A stretch of DNA of 64,000 bases from an uncultured bacterium (GTDB lineage: Bacteria > Desulfobacterota_D > UBA1144 > Nemesobacterales > UBA2774), in NCBI GenBank assembly GCA_963705505.1, contig CAVPJU010000001.1, positions 64,001 to 128,000 of the forward strand. The letters are read 5' to 3'. The notes beneath the pieces were generated by a model. The model saw only the letters and a list, made by a program, of their open reading frames with translations, had not been told where the DNA came from and ran no database searches. Each line of letters starts with the position of its first letter. Positions within the stretch are counted from its first letter, which is position 1. Position numbers and translations under genes: made by a program. This document shows positions 18,777-28,354 of the stretch, one piece after another.

Positions 18777-19913
18777 ATGGGAATCAGGGAGCTTACGGAT
18801 TCCATAAAATCTAAGGCTTTAGAGATAGGTTTCGACTTGGTCGGGGTCTCTCCCGTTGACCGTTTCCCTGAGAACCAGCTCTATAAGGAGTGGCTTTCGC
18901 GGGGGTATGCTGGGGATATGAAGTATCTGGAAAGGAGCCCCGAGAGGCGGGAGGATCCGGGACTAATCCTCCCCGGCGCGAAGTCCGTCATTTCATGCGG
19001 TCTCAATTATAATACTGATTTCCCGTACTCTACTGAGGAAGATGACAAAAATAACGGCTGGGTCGCGCGTTATGCATGGGGGGATGACTACCACGATATT
19101 ATGGACGACAAGCTCCGCCTACTCGAGGATTTTATACGTGCTGAATCTCCCCCGGGCGGGTTATCCGTCCGTTATGCGGATACGGGACCCGTACTCGAAA
19201 GGGTCTACGGAAAATACGGCGGTATCGGATGGATCGGGAAGAACACCTGTCTCATTAATCAGCAAATCGGCTCCTGGATTTTTCTCGGCGAGATTATCAC
19301 GAATACGGAGCTTGAATACGACAGCCCCGCTCCCGACAGGTGCGGCACGTGCACGAGATGCATCGAGTCCTGCCCTACGGGGGCTATTACCGAGCCTTAC
19401 GTACTCGATTCGAGGCTTTGTATCTCCTATCTCACTATCGAATTAAAAGGGAAGATACCGTCCGGGTTAAGGGACAATGTCGGCAATAATATATTCGGCT
19501 GCGATATATGCCAGGACGTCTGCCCGTGGAATGGAAAAGCGGAAAAAACGATCGACCCTTCCTTTCTGCCGAGAGAAGGACTCTATAACCCTCCGCTTCA
19601 TACCTTCTCCGGGCTCGGTCCCGAGGAGTTCGGAACACGGTTCAAGGGAAGTCCGGTTAAACGGACGAAAAGAAAGGGGCTCCTGCGGAATGTCCTCGTC
19701 GCTATGGGGAATTCGGGGGATAATGACCTCATCCCGATAATTGAATCATACCTCGCTGACGACGAGCCGCTCGTAAGAGCTCATGCGGTGTGGGCTCTCT
19801 GGAAGTTAAAATCGGAGGGCTCGAGGGATACGCTGCTCAACCATAAAAAAAGCGAGAAAGACCCGATGGTTCTCGAGGAAATCGAAACACTGTTAAAAGA
19901 CGGTCAGTTCTGA
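18777..19913 (+). CDS. queG: Epoxyqueuosine reductase
   Basis: YAWGDDYH, DTGPVLER, GWIGKN, CGTCTRCIESCPT, GCDICQDVCPWN. Confidence 0.96.
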   Translation: MGIRELTDSIKSKALEIGFDLVGVSPVDRFPENQLYKEWLSRGYAGDMKYLERSPERREDPGLILPGAKSVISCGLNYNTDFPYSTEEDDKNNGWVARYAWGDDYHDIMDDKLRLLEDFIRAESPPGGLSVRYADTGPVLERVYGKYGGIGWIGKNTCLINQQIGSWIFLGEIITNTELEYDSPAPDRCGTCTRCIESCPTGAITEPYVLDSRLCISYLTIELKGKIPSGLRDNVGNNIFGCDICQDVCPWNGKAEKTIDPSFLPREGLYNPPLHTFSGLGPEEFGTRFKGSPVKRTKRKGLLRNVLVAMGNSGDNDLIPIIESYLADDEPLVRAHAVWALWKLKSEGSRDTLLNHKKSEKDPMVLEEIETLLKDGQF

Positions 19914-20002
19914 TCATGTCCGCGAATGGCTTGCGGGTCTATAAATGGTTAAACTAGGATTCGGACAGCCGGCCGGAAAACCCGAATGTCCCGAGGCGAC
20001 TT

Positions 20003-20431
20003 ATGGAACAAAATACGGTAAACGAGGTTTTAAAAGCAAACTCCATGTTCTATGAATACATTCGCGAAGGGGACTTGGATAAGTTGCAGAGGACCTGGCT
20101 TAAGGACCCCAAAGCAAAATGTGTTCATCCCGGCTGGCCCATGCTCTATGGATGGGAAGCCGTCAAAGAGAGCTGGAAAAATATATTCGAAGGGGGGGGA
20201 CCTGCGTACATTGAAATCTCGGACGCAACGGCCTATGTCTCGGGAGAGATGGCGTGGGTTATATGTATCGAGAAAATAAGCCAGAGGGTAGGGGATCAGA
20301 TACGGCTCGGTTACGCACAGTCGACAAACGTATTCGAGTACAGGGACTCATCTTGGCAGCTGGTAATCCATCACGCGTCTCCCGTGCCTGTGCCCAGGGG
20401 GGAGGCAGCCTCGAACCAGAACCTGCAGTGA
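20003..20431 (+). CDS. NTF2/SnoaL-like domain protein
   Basis: ANSMFY, CVHPGW, TNVFE...WQLVIHHAS motifs. Confidence 0.85.
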   Translation: MEQNTVNEVLKANSMFYEYIREGDLDKLQRTWLKDPKAKCVHPGWPMLYGWEAVKESWKNIFEGGGPAYIEISDATAYVSGEMAWVICIEKISQRVGDQIRLGYAQSTNVFEYRDSSWQLVIHHASPVPVPRGEAASNQNLQ

Positions 20432-20444
20432 GCTTTTGCGGCAA

Positions 20445-23400
20445 TCAATAATTAAAGTTATAGAATACGTCGATTCCCGGATTTTCCCCTCCGACATCGC
20501 CGTTTATGGTCACGTTTTTAAATACCGTGTATTCGAGTAAAACCCTGTTTTCCGTGATAGTGGTCGAGTCCTGTAACGACTGCGTAGTGCCCCGCTCGTA
20601 AGCTATATAGAGGTCCTGTGTCAGATACTTGCCCACTTCTACCTGAGCGCCGCTGGTGCCGCCTCCGACGCTTATGACATCGAGTGAGAACTTGCTCCCG
20701 AGGAGCTTCTCCAGCTGCGCAGCCGCTATACCGCCGGCAACCCCCGTGGCAACCCCCTGAATCGATGCCCTCTCTCCGGATCCGATCTTGTCCGAAGGGG
20801 CGCCGAAAACTATATACGAGACGATATCCGTTTCTGACATAGTGGGATCGCTCGAAAGTGTTAGTACGGGCTTTTCCGCTGTCCCGCTGACATTTACAAA
20901 TATCTGAACGCTCGATACGCGGTAAAGAGCCGTTATGTCTAGGAAAGGATTTATATTCTCTGTACCTGAGAAGCTCACTCGTCCTTCCTTAATCCTGAAG
21001 AGCTTCCCCAGAGTCTCGTAAGTGCCTCTCACGGTATTGATAGTCCCTGCTATCCTCACAGATTGTCCGTAAGCCTTATTTATGTCGAGGTCTCCGCTGA
21101 GCTCGATATTGGCTCCGCGCCCCTTTACCCAATTATTTTTTCTCATTTTGATCTGTAAATTCAACGCGACATTCTCTTTGAAATAGTCCGTTTGCCCGCC
21201 GCTCCCGACTGCGAATTCGTTTTTATCTTCGTCGATGAATTTAATCTCTTCTATCTCTTTCTCCTGCTTTTCAGGGATCGTGATCCTGGCCTTTGAAACG
21301 GTTACCTTTCCTCCGACATCGATCTTTACACCCTCACCCTCGAGTTTTAAGTTCCCGGATATATTGGCGGAAATCCTCTTTGGCTTAACGAGGAAGTTCT
21401 GCATGTTTCCCGTTAAGTCGTACGTCAGGGTCGGTATATCGATCTGTCCCTCGAAAGTCCCTGTCCCTTTACCCGAAACGATCTCCGTCTGCCTCAGGAA
21501 CCCCTTCTGCCCCTGCATTTCGATTGTTGCGTTCGCGACATTGAACTCGTTTCTAAGGGACTTTATCTTAAAAATCCCGTCCTTGAGGACTAACTGTCCG
21601 TTGACTGAAGGGTTGTCGAAAGTGCCCGAAGCTTTAAGGTCGATTATTAGCAGCCCGGTCGATTTTTCGATTTCGCTGCTTACGCTTGTGAGCGGGCTCA
21701 GGTCTACCCCGCTTGAGCTTACCGATAAGTTGAACCTCGCCTTCTTTATATTCTCTCCAAGATTATTTAAGTTCAGGTCCACGTCCGCATTTCCCGTCGC
21801 CTGCATTATGGTGGCCGAATTATCGGTAATTAAGAACTTCAGGGCCAGGTTCCGGTCGAGGTACCTGAGATCGAGGGATATGTCGTCGTTCTTGAAATCC
21901 TTATAAACGAGGTTTCCGGCATTTATCTTCGCGCTTATTTGAGGCGCTGCCATAGTTCCCCGTACGCTGATATCCGCCGATAAAGCCCCCTCTACCTCGG
22001 TCTTGGGTTTTATCACTTTAACGATGTCGTTCAGATTCAGATTGCTGAGCTTGAGTTCTCCCTCCACATTGCCGTCATAAAAGATACTGGCGTCGGCCAG
22101 TGCCGATGAATCTTTGTAATAGAGGTTGAATGAGTCCACGATAAGTTTGTTAGGCGCTACGGTCAGAAAAATCTTGTCTCTGCTCTCGAGCTCCGTGTCT
22201 TCGAGGTGGAGTTTGATCTTGCCGATTTCTATGTGCTTTTCATTCGCTCCCAGGTCTCTAAGTGTCGTCGCAACCTCATACTTGAACCTGTCGTTTTCTG
22301 TTGCCGCGGCATTGAGGTTGATTCCCTTTCCCTCACTCCGGGCATTGAGCTCTATGCTTTCAATCTTTCTTTCCTTGATTCTGGCGTTCTCTGCCCTGAT
22401 ATCCGCGCGCAGGTCGGGATTGTCGAGATCGATAGAGCCGTCACCCTTTATTTTTATGGATTCAGCCGCGAACACGTCGTTCAGTTCGAAATTCCCGGCT
22501 TCGGCGTCGATGCTGATTTTCGGGTTCATCATATCCCCCTCAACCCTGCCTTCAGCTTTGAGCGTCCCTGCGAATTTTGTTTCGGGAATAAATCTCGAGA
22601 TTAAACCGAGGTCCCCGACCTCTAGTTCATATCCCAGATTCACGCCCTTCCCGCTCGCGCTCCCGTTCTTTACGTCGAACTTGAAAGAGTCGCCGTCGAG
22701 GGACAACGCCCTTACCGTAAGCCGCTCTTTGTCGTATGACGCGTCGATGTTTCCCTTTTTCAGATTTATGTTGAATATGCTTGACGGGCTTATATTACCT
22801 TTGACGGCAGCGCTCATCTTTTGAAGCACGTTCCCTTCAAGCGGCACCAGCCCCTTCATGCTCAAATCCGATGTTATATTGCTCTTCAGCTCTTTTTTGC
22901 TCAGGATCGTTCCGAGATCAAGGTTTTTTAAAGCGGTTTTGATATCCAGTCCGAGACCGGCCGGTGAGTAGTCGGCGGACCCGGTTAATTTCAAATCTCC
23001 CGCCTGCTTTCCCTTTATATCGAGATTCTTGATTTTCCCCTTCACTGTTAGATCCCGGAATTCAGCCCAGCTTCCGTCCGCATGGAGTTCCGCGTTGAGT
23101 ATAGCTCCGAGCTTCGTATTTACCGCCTCAGTTTTCCTTTCGGTCTTCTCCTCGATGAGGGAAAATATTTCGGTCGTCTTGACGTCTTTTAGAGATGCAT
23201 CGACTGTGAAGCTGTTTTTCCCCTCCCCCGTAATCAAGCGTATAAGGTCGCCCTTCCCGCTGATATGAAGCTCGCCGAGGTCCGATTTTATATCCCCTTC
23301 CCCCAGGTCTATGGCCGTTCCCGACATCGATATCTTATCGAGCGAGCCCGAGAGCTTTCTCCCGTACAGTTCCGATCCGGGGATTTGTATATTCAAGTCG

Positions 23401-24278
23401 GCCTTGATATTCTTCGGGCTTATGAACTCCCCCTTGCCCTGCGACTCCAGATTGAATGTCCCCACGTCCTCGAGCTTGTAGTCATGAGCCGACACCCGGT
23501 ATGAAAATTTCGGGTTGCCTTTCAGGTTTTCCGCCTCGGCGTCCAGTTTTATCCCGGCTCCGTTGAATGTGACCTCCAGGTCCTTTATCTCCGCCTTGTC
23601 CCCCGAGTAGGAGGCTTCGGCCTTCAGGCCTTTTATGCTTATTTTCTCTGACGGCGCATCGAGATCGGCGTTTTTAAGATCGACGGCGATTTTTTGAGTG
23701 ATATTTATGAGCTTTGCCGATAGCTCGGTCCGGTCTATGCCGTACCTTGCGACCCGGTTATTTTCTCTGTCGTCGACGGTGAGCTCGCCGTCCTTAAGAA
23801 GGAGCTCCGAGACGATTATGCTCCAGTCGGGCGGGCCCTTTTTCTCTTTCTCCCTTTCCCTCTCTTTTTCCTTTCCGCTTCCGATTTTATCGAAGTTCCA
23901 GGTGCCGTCCCCGTATTTAATAAGCTTAACGCGGACCCCGTTCACGGCGATATCGTCGACGGGAATCACCTGGCTGAAGAGCACAGCGGTGTTGAGCATC
24001 TCAGGTATGGAGTAAGTGACGGATAGTTCTTTTACGGACACGAAGCCCTCATTCTCGACGTCGAATGAAACGTCTTTCAGCTTTATGTTGTAGAAGAAGT
24101 TGCCCTCGACCTTCCCTATTTTAAAGGATTGACCTGTCGATGAGCTCACGATGCGTTCAGCAGTGCTTCTGACAAGGTTCCTGAAATACTCGGTCTGAGT
24201 AAAGAGGTACGCGGCTATAGTGATAAAAACGAATAGGCTTAATACGGCTCCGGCAGTTATTAGAATCTTATAACGCAT
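20445..24278 (-). CDS. tamB: TamB/AsmA-like (DUF490) translocation and assembly module protein
   Basis: N-terminal TM anchor, long beta-rich body, C-terminal DUF490-like region (NPFLDITA, LSSDP, EVGKYL). Confidence 0.85.
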   Translation of the reverse strand: MRYKILITAGAVLSLFVFITIAAYLFTQTEYFRNLVRSTAERIVSSSTGQSFKIGKVEGNFFYNIKLKDVSFDVENEGFVSVKELSVTYSIPEMLNTAVLFSQVIPVDDIAVNGVRVKLIKYGDGTWNFDKIGSGKEKEREREKEKKGPPDWSIIVSELLLKDGELTVDDRENNRVARYGIDRTELSAKLINITQKIAVDLKNADLDAPSEKISIKGLKAEASYSGDKAEIKDLEVTFNGAGIKLDAEAENLKGNPKFSYRVSAHDYKLEDVGTFNLESQGKGEFISPKNIKADLNIQIPGSELYGRKLSGSLDKISMSGTAIDLGEGDIKSDLGELHISGKGDLIRLITGEGKNSFTVDASLKDVKTTEIFSLIEEKTERKTEAVNTKLGAILNAELHADGSWAEFRDLTVKGKIKNLDIKGKQAGDLKLTGSADYSPAGLGLDIKTALKNLDLGTILSKKELKSNITSDLSMKGLVPLEGNVLQKMSAAVKGNISPSSIFNINLKKGNIDASYDKERLTVRALSLDGDSFKFDVKNGSASGKGVNLGYELEVGDLGLISRFIPETKFAGTLKAEGRVEGDMMNPKISIDAEAGNFELNDVFAAESIKIKGDGSIDLDNPDLRADIRAENARIKERKIESIELNARSEGKGINLNAAATENDRFKYEVATTLRDLGANEKHIEIGKIKLHLEDTELESRDKIFLTVAPNKLIVDSFNLYYKDSSALADASIFYDGNVEGELKLSNLNLNDIVKVIKPKTEVEGALSADISVRGTMAAPQISAKINAGNLVYKDFKNDDISLDLRYLDRNLALKFLITDNSATIMQATGNADVDLNLNNLGENIKKARFNLSVSSSGVDLSPLTSVSSEIEKSTGLLIIDLKASGTFDNPSVNGQLVLKDGIFKIKSLRNEFNVANATIEMQGQKGFLRQTEIVSGKGTGTFEGQIDIPTLTYDLTGNMQNFLVKPKRISANISGNLKLEGEGVKIDVGGKVTVSKARITIPEKQEKEIEEIKFIDEDKNEFAVGSGGQTDYFKENVALNLQIKMRKNNWVKGRGANIELSGDLDINKAYGQSVRIAGTINTVRGTYETLGKLFRIKEGRVSFSGTENINPFLDITALYRVSSVQIFVNVSGTAEKPVLTLSSDPTMSETDIVSYIVFGAPSDKIGSGERASIQGVATGVAGGIAAAQLEKLLGSKFSLDVISVGGGTSGAQVEVGKYLTQDLYIAYERGTTQSLQDSTTITENRVLLEYTVFKNVTINGDVGGENPGIDVFYNFNY

Positions 24279-24434
24279 GTGCTGGTTTTATTGGGGATCG
24301 AGACTTTTCTTAAGCGATACGTTCCTCTTGTCATAAACCGGTCGATTCAAATTTCGGGTCTTCTGAATTTCACACAATTATACCTCAATGAGATTTTAAA
24401 ATGAACCTGCAAAAACGGTTAGTACAGGGGCGGT

Positions 24435-25304
24435 CTATTTTCTTGAAACCATATAAATGCCTATAAGAATAAGCGCCCCGCCCGTAACCGTTCCCCAGTC
24501 GAGATGGCTACCGAGAATAAGCCAGTCAAAGAAGAGACCGAATACGGGGACGAGCATCGAGGAAAAAGTGGTGATATTGATATCGAGATTTTTTATGAGA
24601 TAAAACCAGATCGTAAAGTCTATAGCCGAGGCGATAAGCCCGGTAAACAGCAGTATGTATACGGAACGGGCTGTCCATTCGACGTTGAATACGCCGTGGG
24701 TCGGTAAAGCGAGGAGGAAAAGTCCGAGCGTGCCGAACGTGAGCTGAAGCGCGCTCACCCTGTATATATCCTCGCCCGCCATCCTCTTTTTAACCCAGAT
24801 ATTCGATATCGCCCACGATATCGCGCCTATAATAATGAGGACCTCCCCTATGAATATGTTGAGGTCCTGTTTTGAAATTATGTCCCAGCCGAGTATGGAC
24901 AGTATCCCTGCGGTCCCCAATAAAACCCCCGCCCACTGGCGCGTATTTATTTTTTCTTTGAGGTAGAAGTGGACGAGCAGGATTGTCCAGACGGGCATGG
25001 TATAAAGAAGCACGGATGTTTTACCCGCGGTAATGTGCTTCATGCCGAACAGCATGAATCCGAAGAGGAATGTAGTCTGGAATAGCCCTACGGCGATAAA
25101 ATCGGGCCACCTGCGCAGCGGCGGCCAATTCACCGACCTCGATTTCACGTATATCAGCATGGCCGCTGCTGCTATTCCGCACCTCCACGTCGCGAACGTG
25201 AGAGGCTCCATATACCCGAGCCCCATTTTCATGAGCACCCATGAATACCCCCAGGTGACTATTACAAAAACCAGGAGCAGTAAATTGATTGCAGAGCGGT
25301 TCAT
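24435..25304 (-). CDS. DMT/EamA family transporter
   Basis: About 10 TM helices; WGYSW, YTMPVW, LVPVFG motifs. Confidence 0.9.
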   Translation of the reverse strand: MNRSAINLLLLVFVIVTWGYSWVLMKMGLGYMEPLTFATWRCGIAAAAMLIYVKSRSVNWPPLRRWPDFIAVGLFQTTFLFGFMLFGMKHITAGKTSVLLYTMPVWTILLVHFYLKEKINTRQWAGVLLGTAGILSILGWDIISKQDLNIFIGEVLIIIGAISWAISNIWVKKRMAGEDIYRVSALQLTFGTLGLFLLALPTHGVFNVEWTARSVYILLFTGLIASAIDFTIWFYLIKNLDINITTFSSMLVPVFGLFFDWLILGSHLDWGTVTGGALILIGIYMVSRK

Positions 25305-25409
25305 TATCGTTTATTCGATGCGGAACTCAATGCGCCGGATTCCCCCGTATCCGCGTTTTGATGAATAAATATAGTGCGCATCAGCTTTATCCTAGACGGT
25401 TTTCCCGTC

Positions 25410-25437
25410 TTGACAAGGAATGGTCAATATTTATAAT
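25410..25437 (+). promoter_or_regulatory. Sigma70 promoter of etfBA with overlapping palindrome TTGAC-N8-GTCAA
   Basis: TTGACA (25410-25415), 16 nt, TATAAT (25432-25437); inverted repeat 25410-25427. Confidence 0.65.
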
Positions 25438-25639
25438 TACACAGCCTTTGAGGGCCGGATAAAATAATTCTTTATTCCGTTAAATTTATTAGTTATTTTA
25501 GATGTCCGGGCCGGGTTGCAAAGAGCTTAAGGGGTGCTAAACTAAGTTGGTCTTTTAAGCCCTGATTTAATCATCTTACCATAGATTATTTGGCTGTATC
25601 GGGTTTGTTAATCAATTAATAGTTCGGAGGTAGGCTAGG

Positions 25640-26446
25640 GTGAAGATTCTCGTAATAGTAAGTCAGACCCAGGATACGGAGGCGAGGATAAAAGTCTCCG
25701 CAAGCGGCAATTCGATAGATACGGAAGGCATGAAATGGATCATGAATCCTTACGACGAGTTTGCGGTCGAGGAAGCGATCCAGACAAAGGAGAAGCACGG
25801 AGGCGAGGTCGTAGTCGTTTCCATGGGTCCCGCCAGGGTGATCGAGACGATCAGGCAGGCGCTGGCAATGGGGGCGGACAGCGCTCTCCATATAGTCGAT
25901 GAAGGATCAGCCGACGTGGATTCTTTCGTAACGGCGAAAGTCATTGCGGGCGAGATCAAAAAGCTGGGCGATTTCGATATCGTTTTTACGGGTATGAAGA
26001 TAATCGATGAGGAGTCCGGTCAGGTCGGGGTACAGGTAGCCGAGGAGCTGGGCATCCCACATGTCTCCCTCGTGAGCAAGGTTGTGGAGATCAATCCTTC
26101 GACCAGGAAAGCTGTGTGCCAGAAGGAGATAGACGGCGGCCATATGGTAGTCGAGGTCCCGCTCCCCTGTCTCATAACATGCCCCGACGCCATGAACGAG
26201 CCGAGGTACGCTTCTCTGCCCGGCATCATGAAGGCCAAGAAGAAGCCTCTGACCGAAGTGAAAGTTGCGGACATTAATGTTTCGGGGCTTTCCCGTGTCA
26301 AAATAGTCGAAATAAAGGTTCCCCAGATCGAGAGGAGATTGAAGATAATAAAGGGACAGGACGAGCCTATGGTCAAAGGGGCTGAGGTGGAAAAATCAGC
26401 CGAAGAGCTTATAAAGCTCTTGAGGGAAGAGGCCAAGGTTATATAG
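25640..26446 (+). CDS. etfB: Electron transfer flavoprotein beta subunit
   Basis: MNPYDEFAVEEA, ALAMGAD, NEPRYASLPGIMKAKKK. Confidence 0.95.
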   Translation: MKILVIVSQTQDTEARIKVSASGNSIDTEGMKWIMNPYDEFAVEEAIQTKEKHGGEVVVVSMGPARVIETIRQALAMGADSALHIVDEGSADVDSFVTAKVIAGEIKKLGDFDIVFTGMKIIDEESGQVGVQVAEELGIPHVSLVSKVVEINPSTRKAVCQKEIDGGHMVVEVPLPCLITCPDAMNEPRYASLPGIMKAKKKPLTEVKVADINVSGLSRVKIVEIKVPQIERRLKIIKGQDEPMVKGAEVEKSAEELIKLLREEAKVI

Positions 26447-26479
26447 GGCCTAATTTGTCTATAGTTCAGGAGGAATAGA

Positions 26480-27475
26480 ATGAGTAACGAAGTGTGGGTA
26501 GTAGCGGATTTGAAAATCGACGGCAGTGTGAGGCAGGTAACGTTCGAAGCGCTCACGGAAGCGAGGCAGAAGCTCGCAGGCAAGCTCGGCGGACAGCTGT
26601 GCGGAGTGCTGATAGGGTCGGGGGTCTCGGGCCATGTTGCTGAATTAGGCAAGTACGGCGCTGAAAAGGTCTACGTGGTCGATAACGAGCTGCTAAAAGA
26701 TTTCAACACCGAAGGCAATACTATAGCTCTCAGCGAATTAATCAAAAAGTTCGAGCCGGCAATAGTAGTCGCCGGGAACACGGTATTCGGCCAGGACTAT
26801 TTCCCCGGCGTAGCTGCCCGTGTCGGAGCCGGCGTGACTATGGACGCGATCGAGATCGACTTGACCGACGATAAGAAACTAAAAATAAAACGCTTTTCAC
26901 ATTCGAGTAAGGCCATACCGACTGAGGTATTCCTCGACCATCACCCCATGATGACTACGGTCAGGCCCAATTCGTTTAAAGCCGCGGAGGACCCGAAGAG
27001 CCCGGAGGTCATCGACGGTTCCGTGACGATCAATCCGGGGGATATTAAGACAAGAGTGATAGAGATAAAGACGAAGGGCTCCGACCGCCCGGAGCTTACC
27101 GAAGCCGAAAGAGTGGTATCGGGCGGCAGGGGACTCGGGAGTGAAGAGAATTTCAAGTACATATATCAGCTGGCTGACATACTGGGCGCCGCGGCAGGCG
27201 CCACACGCGCGGCGGTCGACGCGGGCTACTGTCCCTACGATATGCAGGTGGGTCAGACCGGCAAGGCCGTTTCGCCCAACCTCTATATTGCGATAGCGAT
27301 CTCGGGCTCGGTTCAGCACTTCGCCGGAATGGGTTCTTCAAAGGTGATAGTCGCGATCAATAAAGACCCCGAGGCGCCGATTTTCCAGAAGTGCGATTAC
27401 GGTATAGTGGGCGACCTCTTTGATGTGCTCCCCCCATTCACTGAGAAGGTAAAGGCCCTGGTATCCCAAAGCTGA
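26480..27475 (+). CDS. etfA: Electron transfer flavoprotein alpha subunit
   Basis: SGGRG, TRAAVDAG, QVGQTGK, ISGSVQH, AINKDPEAPIF. Confidence 0.96.
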   Translation: MSNEVWVVADLKIDGSVRQVTFEALTEARQKLAGKLGGQLCGVLIGSGVSGHVAELGKYGAEKVYVVDNELLKDFNTEGNTIALSELIKKFEPAIVVAGNTVFGQDYFPGVAARVGAGVTMDAIEIDLTDDKKLKIKRFSHSSKAIPTEVFLDHHPMMTTVRPNSFKAAEDPKSPEVIDGSVTINPGDIKTRVIEIKTKGSDRPELTEAERVVSGGRGLGSEENFKYIYQLADILGAAAGATRAAVDAGYCPYDMQVGQTGKAVSPNLYIAIAISGSVQHFAGMGSSKVIVAINKDPEAPIFQKCDYGIVGDLFDVLPPFTEKVKALVSQS

Positions 27476-27493
27476 AAATTCAGGCGGGGGCGG

Positions 27494-28318
27494 TTATAGA
27501 GCCGTCCCCGTAATATCCACCATTTCTATTCTGTCTATCTTTTCCCCGAGGAACCTTCCGGCGACGGAGACGAATGTATCCGATACATCGGTCAGATAGT
27601 ATTCCCGCACGGATGCCCCGGCATCATTATTCAGGAGGTCTATCTCCCCGAGCACTCTTTCGATTTCCTTTGCGGTCTCCTCGGCTGAATCCACGAGTGT
27701 GATTTTATCGCCCATCACCTTCTGTATTGTGGGTTTTAAGAGAGGGTAATGCGTACAACCTAAAACGAGCACGTCGATTGCGAGTTCTTTAAACGGCGTG
27801 AGGTACTCCTTCGCTATCAGCTCGGATATATCTCCCTCCGTCCAGCCCTCGTCCGCGAGCGGGACGAAAAGCGGGCATGCTTTGGAGTACACCCCGATAT
27901 CGGGGGATATAGCTTCTAGCGCCTTCTTATATGCGCTGCTTTTTATAGTCGACGGAGTGCCTATGACTCCCACCCTTTTGGATTTGGTGACCTCCGCGGC
28001 TTTTCTTGCGCCCGGCCCTATGACTCCTATCACCGGTATCTCGAAATCGCGGCTCAGGCTCGGAAGCGATACGGCAGAGGAGGTGTTGCAGGCGACTACC
28101 AGCATCTTTATCCCCTTCGATATCAGGAACCCGGCGTTGTTGCGGGAGTAGGCTATTACGGTCCTGCTCGATTTCGTCCCGTAAGGGACCCTTGCCGTGT
28201 CGCCCAGATAGATAACATTCTCCCGAGGGAGTCTCCTTATTATCTCTCTTACGACCGTAAGTCCCCCTATCCCTGAATCGAATACACCGATCGGTGCGCT
28301 CTTAATATCTTTTGTCAT
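27494..28318 (-). CDS. murI: Glutamate racemase
   Basis: FDSGIGG, PYGTKS, ACNT, LGCTHY. Confidence 0.97.
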   Translation of the reverse strand: MTKDIKSAPIGVFDSGIGGLTVVREIIRRLPRENVIYLGDTARVPYGTKSSRTVIAYSRNNAGFLISKGIKMLVVACNTSSAVSLPSLSRDFEIPVIGVIGPGARKAAEVTKSKRVGVIGTPSTIKSSAYKKALEAISPDIGVYSKACPLFVPLADEGWTEGDISELIAKEYLTPFKELAIDVLVLGCTHYPLLKPTIQKVMGDKITLVDSAEETAKEIERVLGEIDLLNNDAGASVREYYLTDVSDTFVSVAGRFLGEKIDRIEMVDITGTAL

Positions 28319-28354
28319 GAGCCGCTCGTCTGTGAAATGATATACGTTTATGGA

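Noticed and set aside
25640..27475. Electron-bifurcating Etf
   Set aside because: EtfB has DEESGQVG rather than the DGDTxQVGP motif typical of bifurcating Etfs, and no bcd/fixCX is adjacent
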